From assembly GCA_951804945.1 (NCBI GenBank), contig OX638151.1, forward strand, positions 73,160,001 through 73,224,000: DNA of 64,000 nt, given 5' to 3'. Within the stretch, counting starts at the first letter, position 1. The number at the start of each line of letters is the position of its first letter. The DNA is from Podarcis cretensis. Lineage: Eukaryota. The notes below the pieces were generated by a model. The model had not been told where the DNA came from and did no database searches. It saw nothing but the letters and a program-made list of their open reading frames with translations. Positions 38,639-50,446 of the stretch are shown piece by piece. The position numbers and the translations under genes are program-made.

Positions 38639-40180
38639 TAGTGGCTATCCCTACATCTTCCTAAGTTATTTATACATTGTGGGGAAAATACTTTATGTGA
38701 CTTGAATCTCTTTCACTGAAGGACCACAAATATGAAAGGGGACAAGTACACAATCCATGTTCTTTATGTTACCTATGTTATAAGCCTCTATAATGTCCAA
38801 AGCAGTGCAGCAACTTAAGCTTGCAAAGCAGTAAGCTTCAAATTGTGCACAATAGGCTGGACTATTGGTGTCAAATAATTTAGCACTATTATCTTTACTA
38901 GTTAAAGCGTTCGTTTTAATATACTTGCAGCATAACCTAAACTGCAGAAACACATAAGATGTGGTGCATGTATCCTTATAGAAGTGTTGCTTTCCTCTGG
39001 TTAAGCTCGGGTCATTTCTAAGGTCTGTGCTGGAAGGGAAAGTAGACTATAAACACAACCTGACAGATATTGCTGGTTTCCAGACAAACTGATTATTATT
39101 GTGACTGGAGAAACAGAAGGGTTAACATTATTAACTGGCCAAGTGAAGCAACGCTTTCCATTTGTCATTCACTCCTCTGAACACTGAGATATCTGGATGG
39201 AGGGGGGATGATTAATACATTCTATTCCGGCTTTCAGGTTTGAATAATGGCTAGAGTCCCAATGTTTCGTCTCAAAGGAAGGGCGGGGGGGGGGGGGGAA
39301 TCAGAGTATAACAGGTATCAGACATGACGTTCCAGGTATTTCAAGTTTTGACCCACATATACATCCCCAAGCTTGAGTGAGGGGTGTGGGTGTGGGTGTG
39401 TGTGTATAAAACATCGCTACGCGATAGTAAGAGCAAGCCCCTTCTACCGGAGGCCCTTTGCTCAACAGCACCCGGGTTTAGCCTTCATATACTGTATAGG
39501 GGCTCAAGCGAAAGCAGCTCTGAGCTCCTCACCTGCGGCAACGGGCGGGGCAAAGGGAGGAGCACGGCGGTTTCCACTTCCGCAGAGCACGAGAGTAGCC
39601 CCGCCCCGCCCAATCGGGAACACGCGCAGCGGCAACCGCCCTTTTATAAGCAGAGTCCCGCGCTTCATTCATCTTTCTCTCCTCTGCACCGCCCCGCGCG
39701 CGAGAAGCCAAGGGGAGCGCGCGCGCAGAGGAGACGTTAGGGCCCTTCTCTTCGCCCCCCACCCCATTTATGTCTGCGCCTCATAAATGTTACCGGCACC
39801 CGAGATTCCCCTTTCATCACCCCTCTTGTCCTCTGAAGCGCCCCAAAGACTCACCTTTTCCTACAGACAAACGTTTCCGAAATGGCGGCCAAACATGGAC
39901 CCTGATCACGAGCAGCCCCCATCCAAGCCCCGAAGCTGCCCCGCCCATCCGCGATTCGGCATTCCCCAGGCTTCTCTCATTCCCACCCAGGCCAGCGCGG
40001 CCGAAAGCCGAGCCACCGATGCCTCCTCACACTAAGTAGAAACCAAACTCTCGCGCTAAAGCTGGAGGTGGGAGGGGGAAGGAAAGCAACAGCCCGCCCT
40101 TCCTGCGCTTCTCGGTCGGCACCGCCAACACACCCCTTCCGTCACCCAACGGCGGTGGTTGGGTCCGTGACATCATCATC

Positions 40181-40258
40181 ATGGCAACAACAGCTGCAGC
40201 CAAGGAACTACTGCTGAGGAGCTCCAGTGGGGAGGGAGGGCTGCTTCTGACCATGTGA
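40181..40258 (+). other. uORF in the REV3L leader (MATTAAAKELLLRSSSGEGGLLLTM*)
   Basis: ATCATGG strong Kozak context; TGA at 40256-40258; 422 nt upstream of the main ATG. Confidence 0.55.
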
Positions 40259-40602
40259 GGTGTACACAATCGGCTTGGCTGGGGCGAGCTTTGCCCGGGC
40301 TTGCCGCCGCCGCCGCCGCTGTCGCCTGAGGGCTGGAGCGTGCGCGCACACACACGTCGGGCCCCTCCTTCCCTCCCCCCCATGAGTGCTCCGCCCGCTC
40401 GTCCATGCGCACGAGGAAGCGCGCGCGGCGGGCGGGTGAGAGGGAGGGGGCTGCGCTCGAGCTGCGGCGGGGTGGCAGCAGCAGCCGCCGCCGCCGCCGC
40501 CGCCTGAGGAGGCGTAAGTGCGGGGTGGGGGGGCGGTGCACCCCAGCCTCGCGGTGCGCCCAACGGTCGCCCTCAGGGGCGCCTCCCCCCGCAGTGGCGA
40601 AC

Positions 40603-40741
40603 ATGTTCTCAGTGAGGGTCGTGACCGCCGACTACTACATGAGCAGCCCTCTGCCCGGCCTGGACCCCTGCCAGTCCCACTTCAGAGAGGCGCCCGTCAA
40701 GAGGGTGCCCGTCGTGAGAGTCTTCGGAGCCACCCCGGCAG
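40603..40741 (+). CDS. REV3L: REV3L coding exon 1
   Basis: GCGAACATG start; reads MFSVRVVTADYYMSSPLPGLDPCQSHFREAPVKRVPVVRVFGATPAG, the REV3L N-terminus; 139 nt; donor CAG|gtaaga. Confidence 0.97.
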
Positions 40742-43124
40742 GTAAGAGAGAGAGAGAGAACCGCCCAGTCGGGGGTGCAGCAGGTTCCCCCTCCTCCGCC
40801 CCATTGAGAAACCATTCGCGGCTCGGGAATCCTGCGAGCGCAGCAGCCCTTTTCTCGGGGCTGCCTCTCCTTTTTGTGACTGGCTGAGTGACAGGCGCTG
40901 CCTTTCCTCCCTGCGGTGTTGGCGCGCTGCGGCGGGTGCCTCACCTACCTGCCGCCGCCGCCCCCCCTTTGGCCGCTGCGGTTGAGTGAAGTCGCCCATG
41001 GCCGGGGCCCCGCCTGGGGGCGGCGGCGGCGGCGGCAAGCAGCCCCCGCCGCGGTGTGTCTGTATATTATTGTGTTCGCTATGGCACGCAGGCAACGCCG
41101 GGAGAGCGACCGCGCCGCTGACCCCTGACAGTTGCACAGATGGGAGGTGGTCGGAGGGTGGAGGGCGCTCTACTTGCTGCTGGTGTGTCTCGGGTGCACT
41201 GCCAGTGTATCCTGTGCTTGTGCTGCTGGAAGTGGATGGATACGCTCCCCTCCCGCCCCCGTGTATTACAAATATTATAAGCCGTAATGAAACGCAGCTG
41301 TATAAACAGGGCTATTTCATACTAGTGGCAGTACTGAGCAACAACTCATCTTGGGAGGGTTTTTATTGTTGTTGTCTGTTTTAAAGCATAACCTCCCCAG
41401 CTGTAGAATTTCCACCCCACATGTAGGAAGTTCCTGAGCGTGTTCTTATTTCATGAAGGTTTCATTAAGCATCCATAACAGGGACATTTTCAATCCATGT
41501 CCTTTAAATTGTCAGTCTGCAAACTTCATAAATTCGCTGGGTTGGTAAACAAGAGCTGTTGTCTCCACTGCAGGAGTACTATTCTAATCCCTCAGAAAAT
41601 TTCTAAAACTGGTTTTCCTTTCAAAATTCCTTGTTAATATCCATATATTACTACATTCTGTTCTTTTCATTTTTTCTCTACTCTGTCATCTTCCTGCTCC
41701 ACCAGTCAAGCTAACCACTGTTATTGGGTTTTTTAAATAATAATAATAATTTCCCATTACTGTTTTAACAAACTAGTTTTAGTTGATGTTATATAAACCT
41801 TTGGTAGCCATAAAGTGACCTGGACAACTACACAGTTTGTGTTTCAGCTGGGCCACGTATATATTGATGATACCACACAGTGATATTGATTGCATGGTGA
41901 AAGACTGGACTTACACAAGAAAATGACACAATAGTTCAGACTTAGGCCAAATATTGTAATGAATAACAAGGAAGTAGGTTGACAAGATATGCTAGTGTAA
42001 AACATTAATAGCTTTTCTACGATTCTTTGCTTGTGTTTAGTATCCTACATATTATTGGCAGAAGTTAATACGTCACATGTTATTTTCACCTACTTTTTTG
42101 AATTCGTTTTCAGACTAATTATATGAAGGGAGAATATTTGAGTGTTATGTAAACTGGGTAATTGTTTAATTCATAATTCATAAGTATGAAGGAAGCTGTG
42201 GAAGCAGCATGGTTTTTATGCATTAAATGTAGCTTCTTGTTTAGCAAGTGTGGCTCTCTCCTCCCCCCCGCCCTGAGTACTGTGATCAATTATGATGTTT
42301 ACTTTTGGAAATTTTTACACACCCATCCACAGCAGCAGTGAACATCTCTGCATACCCAGTGCAGAGAATGGGGAGGAGAAGCAATATATGTCCTGTGTAA
42401 GCCCAAGAAAAGACATAAAAAACACCCTCCTTTTCTACTGAATTCTCTACAATTCATGGGCAACTTGTGAGATGGAGAGGATATTTTATTTCTTTCCCAC
42501 TGGGCTTTTACAAAAGGGGGGGGGGCAGTACTTCAGTGCCTTCTAGGAATGCCCAGAAAGCACCTTTCTGTTATCCCAGAGTTTTCTGCATATGCCACAG
42601 GGCATGAGAGAAGGGAGGCGGCCACAAGTGAGGGCTGACAACAAGCCAAGATAAAAATTGTCCATCCCTGTATGACAATGGAACATACTATGGCAAAGCC
42701 CCTCCCCCTGCACAATGTAGCATAAAGAGTAATTGAATAAAATTCCCTGATAACATGGTATGCACTTTTAAATGGCCTGTGGAATAAGGTGTTCTTTACT
42801 TCTAAAAAGTTTAAAGATTAGCCTGATACTTCTCCTTGAGAGAGCTACAGAATGGAAAAAGATTTGAGCAGCGCTTCTCAACATCCTTAAAGCTGCCTGC
42901 TATACAATCTTACTTGGGAATAAGCCAAATAATATTCAAAGTGAATTCAGTGGAAGTTACTTTCAGTAAATCTGCATAAGAATGGACTGGAAGTCTCACT
43001 GAAATTGAACAGAATTTTCATATAATGACTGCATATCTGGCAGTACAAAAATTGTCAAGTTACTATTTTGTCATTGTACCATGCCTCAGTATACCTGTAT
43101 TATATAGCTGTGCTATTGTAACCT

Positions 43125-43176
43125 TGTTTTTGGAAGACCATCTTACTCGGCTATGAGTGATCACCAAAGAAGAAGA
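43125..43176 (+). mobile_element. Very short RTE LINE tail
   Basis: tggaagac.atcttactcggcta.gagtgat..cc.aagaagaag matches 3976-4020. Confidence 0.75.
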
Positions 43177-43820
43177 TTTAAAAATCTACAGCTAGTGCAT
43201 TGCTATCAAAGTTTCATGCCTCATCAATTTAGTGTTCCCATGACTTGCATAAGATCCAACATGACAACAGTGACCAGAGTACAGTATTCTTACAAGTGTG
43301 TCCCTCAAATACATCAACCCACAACTTTTTTTTACTAGTCTCTGTTGGCTAGCCTTTGTAAGGCATTGCTGATGGCGGGGGGGGGGGGGGGGGCGCAGCT
43401 CTTCCAATTTACAAAAATTTCCCTGCCTGGTTTTAGGGCAGTGGTCATTTAAAGAACTGCAGTACCAGTTTCTTTATGGAATCCTCTACATAGCAACTAA
43501 TTTTCTGCGGGATGTAGCATGCAACCTCACAGTGAAGCAATCAATATATTGCATAATATAATACTAGAGTGATCATAGCCGGATAAGGGATTTATACATG
43601 AACTACTCAATTTGAATTTTGGTAAATACATTATTTGCATTATTGAATCTTGTGCATTTCATTGGTTGGGGAGCATTTGTATTTTCTCTAGATGGGATAG
43701 AAAATGAGCAGCCAACCATGTGAACAGGCTGGAGATAAGTATTATCATGGTTGCTTCTTAATTTTGTATGCAGACTGACACTGGAAAGTTTCCCTTTGAC
43801 AACTTTATTGCCTTTAACAG

Positions 43821-43944
43821 GAAAATGAGCTAACCTCTAATGGGGAGTAATGAGGAGAATACCAAATAGCTATTGAATGTCCCTACTATGTGTATATTCT
43901 TTGCAAAGGCAAATTCTTCAGCAAGATTTTAGCTCAAAAACAAT
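43821..43944 (+). other. REV3L: Candidate stop-containing (poison) cassette exon in REV3L intron 1; alternative 3' end at 43949
   Basis: Acceptor ctttattgcctttaacag|G and donor AAT|gtaagg. In frame with exon 1 it reads GGA AAA TGA. Size and position resemble the ~128-nt alternative exon described for human REV3L. Confidence 0.6.
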
Positions 43945-44084
43945 GTAAGGTCTAAAATATAAAAGGGCCTTTGGCTGCTGCAAGAAAGACATCAAAGTGG
44001 GCACTAGGTGAAGCTTTCTGGGGAGAATATTTTCAAGCTGAGGCACATCCACTAAAAGGGTTCTTTATCCCACCATACTTCAGA

Positions 44085-44646
44085 TTTTTATTTTATTTTA
44101 TATACGTTGTTAAAAAATATAAATATATTGCTTGATGGTTGAAAACAAAGAAAGCTCAAAGTAGTTTACAAAATATAAAACATTAAAATTATTGCTAAAA
44201 ACAATTACAGTCGTACCTTGGAAGTCAAACGGAATTCGTTCCGGAAGTCTGTTCAACTTCCAAAACATTCAGAAACCAAGGTGCGGCTTCCAATTGGCTG
44301 CAGGAAGCTCCTGCAGCCAATCTGAAGCCGTGTTGGACGTTCGGGTTCCAAAGAACGTTCTCAAGCTGGAACACTCACTTCTGCATTTGTGGTGTTCCGG
44401 AGCCAAAACATTAGACTCGCAAGGCGTTTGGGATCCAAGGTATGACTGTGTAAACAGGTATTTAAAAATATTCAGAAGATGATTAAAATCAACAATAGCT
44501 AAAAATATATAAAACACATATAACTACTTGCTGGCTAGGCATACCTAAACAAAAATGTTTTAAGTAGACAATGAAAAGACTATAGCAAATATAGTTAATA
44601 GGCAGGGCATTCCAACATGTTTGTGCCACCATGCTAAGAGATCGAC

Positions 44647-44684
<38 letters not shown>

Positions 44685-45115
44685 CTGAACGAGTATTATG
44701 TGCCCTGTAACAGTGCCTGTTCTACAGATCAAAGCGACTGTGTGGGCATATATGTGGTAAAGCAATCCTGTAAGTAAACAGCAGGGCTGGGCAATATCTG
44801 GTTTTCAACGTAGTGACATATCACCAGCTAAACATCGTGATATATTCATATATCATGATGTCTGAAATAAGGATGGAACTGTGTAGAAGCAAACGCAGGT
44901 CCTAAGTTGGTAAGGGCTTTATCTACTACAGTAATAGTAAATCCATAAAATTGGCCCACTAGCAAATGAACACCCACATCACAGAACAGAAGAAGGTCTC
45001 ACTCCTGTTAGCAACTGTGCTGCAGCATTCTGCACTAACCGCAGCCCCTAGATTGAACATATGTGAAGCCCCACAAGTGCAGCTCCTAGATTGAGCACAA
45101 GTGCATTGCAGTAAG
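44085..45115 (-). mobile_element. Old L2 fragment with nested MITE, (TG)n and a hAT-like end
   Basis: L2-type segments ggcagggcattcca...gccacc and gctgcagcattctgcactaa. Confidence 0.5.
44208..44448. mobile_element. Tigger-like MITE
   Basis: TA|CAGTCGTACCTTGGA...TCCAAGGTATGACTG. Confidence 0.85.
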
Positions 45116-45116
45116 C

Positions 45117-45245
45117 CAGATGGCTATCATAGTTCCTCTCAGTCTCTTCTTTTACGGGCTAAAGGTACCAAGCTCCTTCAACTGTTCCTCATAAGGCTTG
45201 GTTTCCAGACCCTTGATCATTTTGGTTGTCCTCGTCTGCATACTT
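45117..45245 (-). mobile_element. CR1 ORF2 fragment
   Basis: Minus-strand [40 protein letters not shown]. Confidence 0.8.
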
Positions 45246-48200
45246 CTCTCTGACCTTAAGCTATTCACTATGTCTTAGAGTCTAGACACCTTATAGTGCA
45301 AAGAGCATAAAACTTTTTTATGTCCTGTATAGCACTTCACACATTAGCAACAAACGCCTTCTAGTAGCAGTAGGGTGAGAATGGTAAGGGAGAAGGGTAG
45401 CAAAGGCCTGCTGGTAGCTGCTCTGAGGTACGGAGACAAACAACAATCCTGGTGAAGAGGGAATTTTGTTCCATCGGCTGCTGCCCTCCCTGCACAGCAG
45501 GGTCAATAAAGTAAAGGGACTTATTTTCTTGAAGATCCACTGTATCAGGGGAAGATGGGGATAAGAACTGTACCACATATACCATGACTAATCCAATGTA
45601 ATAGCTAGTAAAGGGGAATACATGTCTTGGATTACTGTATTTTCTTATATGTGGAACTGCCATTGAAAATGGTCTGTAAAATTCAGGTGCCTCCAAACCA
45701 GGCAGTAAGGTTTTTAACAGGGACTGGTTAACATGACCGAATTACATCAGTACATCTTCATTTGCACTGACTTCAACTCTGTTTCCAGGTCCAATTCAAT
45801 CATCATCTGAGGCCCTTTTTCGTGTGCCTCCACAAGAGGTCTGTAGAGCATCAACGTGAGAACAGGCCTTTTCTGCAGTGGCTCCCCGTTTGTGGAATGC
45901 TCTTCCCAGGGAGGCACAGAAATTTTAATAATAATTCAAAGTGCTGATTTAACCTTTAAAGTTCTAAATAGCTATGGCAAGGTGACCTGAATTATCTCCT
46001 CCCATATATACTTAGCCAGATTCTGAAGCACCTTTTCCAGGTGCCCTCACCAAATGATATGCAACTGGTGGTTGCTGGAGAGTGCGCGTTTGGGGCAGTG
46101 GCACTCCAGTTGTTGAATCCCTCTTCAGAAATGCTTGCTTGAAATGCTTTAAAGCCAGTTGAATATATATATATATTGTTTGAAACATGTTTTAATGAAA
46201 AACAAATATATTTGTGTTGGAATTTTCATTGATTTTGGAAAAATCAGGTAAATGCTGAAGTGTTCATTTACGTAGGAGAAAAGATTTTCTTTCCAGGATT
46301 ACTGTGTTATATTGGACACAACAAAATAATGGAAACATGAGCATCAAATACATTGCTGCACCAATTATATGTTTGCATGTGTATGTAAAGCATTTTACAT
46401 GTACATCTAAAAATGTAATGAGTGTTTGCAGCAAATGCATGCTTCCACTGTACATATGATATGGCTGTATACGCCAGGGAGCTGAAGTTGGCCTCAGCTG
46501 GTCTCTCCTCCCACCCTTGTACACATGCTGGTAAACATAAATTTACTGCTGTATAATATTGAAGTAGCCCTTGGTGTTGTTTTTACTGATTTAATACCAT
46601 TTTCATACAATAAGAAAGTAAAAAAGATTAACTAGCTTGTAATGGAAATGTGTATTCCAGTTTCATAATTTATAATAAGAAATAAACAAGTAGAGAAAAG
46701 TAGTTTTAAATTCTTGAGAAAGTGGTACTATAGTCAGTATTTGCTTTATCCTTGTCTTGCATTTTATTATCAGTCATTTGGCCTATGTATAAATCCTATG
46801 TATGGCAAGAAAACACACTAAATTGGTAGAATGATATACTTTGCTTTTACCAAACTGCAGCCACATGCCAAAGGAGTTTTATTTATTTTTTGTTACATTG
46901 CTAACTTGCCTTCACTCGAAGTTTGGGTAGTATATATGAAGTCAATTCCCTCTCTCTGCTGCTCCCTCCCTCCTTGTTTACGCAGTGTGAATGGCCTGAT
47001 TCTTGATTCTGTGGTCAAGATTTTTTCTGAAACTACTTCTCCAAATCTTACACTGAATTTTTATTTGCCTCTTTGTTTCTACAAGCCACTGCACCAAAAA
47101 ATATTGATCCCTCACTCCAGTCATGGTTTTCAGCTATACATATAAAGCTCTGGATTGTAGTGTAGTAGAGAATCAAAACTGTTAACACCTCAGATATTCC
47201 CACCCCCAGCCCTACAGGGAGTACTACTATAATTGCTGTTTACTTAGAAAAAAAAGGATCCCTTGATACCAAGTAGCAGCCACAACAAGGAAATGCTTTA
47301 AAATCTTGTGATTTCGGGTCATTCCTATTTTTTTGCTAACATGTCTTACATGTTTATCTTAATGGTTATAGTTTGATTGATTGGATTCATTCACTGCCTT
47401 TTGTCAATGCAGTGTACAATTTTGGAATTGTTCAGTTTTACAGTTCTCCCACCCACTCACCTGCAGATAAGGTAAAGCAAACAAACAGAAACAACCCCGC
47501 CCCCATCCCATTTTCATTCTCATGGAGCTGATTATATCTGTTGGTCCTGTGGGAGGAAGGAACAGACTCACTGGCACACACACATATGGTAACGTTTTCC
47601 TGCAGTGGGGATGGAATTCTCAGGTGCCTAATAGCAAATTTGGATTTTTCCAAAATCTGTGATAGTGTCGTGGAATTAAACAGGAAAATTGAGTATATGA
47701 GCAATATTTTTTCTATGTATGTATCTATGAGGCCTTTTTGTATATGAAATTCCCTGACCTACTCTGTTGTCATTCTGGACTGGCTAATTTTGTTTTAATT
47801 AGGTTTATGTTTTATTTAATGTTTTAATGCTTCCTAATAAGGAAAATATGGTAATTTTCCTTTGAAATAACATGGCATAAAAATGCATAAACTTATATTC
47901 ATGTATTTTCCCTATACAGTTAAAATATATAGTACTGCCATTGAAAAGTATTGTATATGACTAAGGTCTATTAGTTTCATTGGTCTACTCCAAATAATGC
48001 CACCCATAGCCATACAAAGATGGTTTGCCAAAACAATAAGAGCAGCATCCATATCTCTCCATCTTGTGAATTAACATAGATAAACAGGGACCACATAGCC
48101 AAGAAGCCATGTTTTTGTATTCTTCCTTCACTAGTTTACATTGCTGAATTAATTTTTCATCCAGGGCTAGTTGCTGGTACCAACTTCAAGTAGAAAATGT

Positions 48201-49210
48201 TTCCAGCCTTTGAGTTTTGCACTATTTCCATAAGCGCTGCAAGGAACACTTTGAAGATCAAGTCCTTGCATAATGATTATTTGGTTCCCCTCCCCTGCAA
48301 AAAAAAGTGAGGGCCCAGTCTAATTGAATGGACTGCTACTCTGTTTCCTAGTACAACCTGACAGAGAAAAGGTGCCACTTGAATCTCAGGCCAAAGTTAT
48401 GCCATGTTGAATTCCTACCCAGTCAGGACAATATTTTCCAGACACTTTTTTCATTCCTTAAGCCTTTTAACAAGGGATCGAAGTTTATCACCTATTTGTA
48501 AAATAATCTTAGTTATAATGATAGCAATGTATTGAAAGCTGCTGAATTTCAAAGTCAAGTATGAAATGGATTTTTGCAAGTGCTTCTGCACTAAAAGTGA
48601 TAAATTAATACAAAAGATAACGAGCGTTGCATAATTATTTTTAAACCACTCACCTTATGGAAGCAGTCTAATTGACTTCAGTGCTGAAAATGTCAGTACG
48701 GAGTTCAAAGTGTTAATAGCATATAATCAGCAAAAAGACTGATTGGTAATATGTTTCATATCATTTGTGTTTATACTTTGAAATCCAGGAGCCACTTTAT
48801 GTTTTTGAACCAATGCTTCTATTGCATTTGCAAAGAGGATTTGGGACAGTAGACATCCTTGTTTGGTGCTCTAGGTCTGTTAGGATGAATAAGAAGGATT
48901 GTAAATTTTGCATTGTTAGAAATTTCATAGAAACAAACAGAAATACTATTGTGTAGACTTCAAACTTGATGAAAAACAGGCCACACAGTAAACCTGTTTC
49001 TATGAACTATCCACCTTGTTTAAGGTGTTCATATCTCACATATACTCATGAATCTATGTTTATAGGTTACTTTCAATAGAATTAATTTGATTTTTTATTA
49101 TTTCCCTTAAAAGTTAGTGAATTATATTAATTGTTTTGGCAAATAGGTTTGACAACTTTCTGGAATCTTCCAGTTTTATGATTCTCAAATATTGGTATCT
49201 GGTCCTCTAG

Positions 49211-49400
49211 GTCAGAAGACTTGCCTCCATTTACATGGTATTTTTCCTTACCTGTATGTGCCATATGATGGTTATGGGCAGCTGGCAGAACATTATCTGC
49301 GTCATTTGGCATTCAGCATTGACCGAGCACTGAATGTAGCTTTAGGAAATCCATCCTCTTCTGTTCAGCATGTATTCAAAGTGTCACTAGTATATGGAAT
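49211..49400 (+). CDS. REV3L: REV3L exon 2
   Basis: Reads GQKTCLHLHGIFPYLYVPYDGYG...AFSIDRALNVALGNPSSSVQHVFKVSLVYG; junctions ctctag| and |gtaagt. Confidence 0.97.
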
Positions 49401-49524
49401 GTAAGTATTACTTTATTATCCCTTTTTAATTTGGTGGGTTGTGGGGCGTGAGTTGCTGTTGACAAAATTTAAAGAAACTTATAAGGTATTCAGGTTATAA
49501 AGCACTGTTAGTTAATAAAGGATT

Positions 49525-49733
49525 TAGAATCATAGAATTGTAGAGTTGAAAGGGATCCTGAGAATCATCTAGTCCAAACTCTTTAAATGCAGGACTCTCA
49601 ACTAAAGTATCCATGACAGATGGCCATGAGAATCTACAACCACCTGGGGGAGTATGTTTCACTCTCAAACAAGTCTTATTGTCAGAAAGTTCTTCCCAAT
49701 GTTTAGTAAGAATCTCCCTTCTTGTAACTTGAA
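49525..49733 (-). mobile_element. CR1 LINE 3' end
   Basis: Tail tagaatcatagaattgtagagttg followed by gtcagaaagttcttcc.aatgtttag. Confidence 0.75.
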
Positions 49734-50371
49734 GAAAGGTGTATTAATACTTCTGCAAAGGCTTTGAGTTGACAATACTTGTTAGTATCCTTATACACAG
49801 AAGAGAACAACTTTCCCCCTCCCAGTAAGTCATTTCATTTCCCACTCTCTCACCAGTTTTGTTGCCCTTTTGATGCCATGTAAATTTGATGTCCTGAGTT
49901 TAATTCAACCCCAACTTTTCTTTCTCTGAAGATTTTTTTTTAAAGTGGGCTATAAATTTATTAAACAAAATAATTTAATATATTGACTACTTAGGTTTCC
50001 AGTACACTTGTGCTGTATTCTTTAACATACTATATTTTTGGTAAGCTTTTGTAATATTTCCTGGATAGTTTGAGAACCATATGCAAAAGATTTGTTTTAA
50101 AGCCATCTAGGATTGTGTTAGTAAGCAAAGTCTTACCTTTCAAGTCCTGTGATTCACTCTGGTCCATTTACTACATAGTTTTTGGATGATAAAATGCCCC
50201 TCATGTAGGAGTAGGAAACAGCCATAATTATGATGCACAGAGGATATCCAAATCTGGAGCTTAGTGGAAGGTCTAAAGTGCTGAACTGCCATTTACTACA
50301 ATAGAGTTGTTCAGCATACAGATCATAGGACAAACAGTAACCTTACACCTTACTGAATATTTGTTTTCCAG

Positions 50372-50446
50372 ACCTTTTTATGGTTACCATGAAAAAGAAA
50401 GACAATTTATGAAGATCTACCTTTATAATCCTGCTATGGTGAAAAG
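50372..50446 (+). CDS. REV3L: REV3L exon 3
   Basis: Reads PFYGYHEKERQFMKIYLYNPAMVK; junctions ttccag| and |gtaatg. Confidence 0.96.

Larger units (their letters stand above)
39500..41170. promoter_or_regulatory. CpG island / REV3L promoter, probably bidirectional
   Basis: Sharp rise in GC and CpG content. Motifs seen: GC boxes, CCAAT (39610), ETS CACTTCCG (~39575), TATA-like CTTTTATAAG (39641), YY1-like AAATGGCGG (~39880), CRE-like TGACATCA next to RFX half-site CATGGCAAC (40168-40188), and (GCC)n tracts. Confidence 0.9.

Noticed and set aside
39373-41384. Many overlapping 70-180-aa ORFs on both strands
   Set aside because: Expected from stop-codon scarcity in a CpG island; only REV3L exon 1 has recognisable homology.
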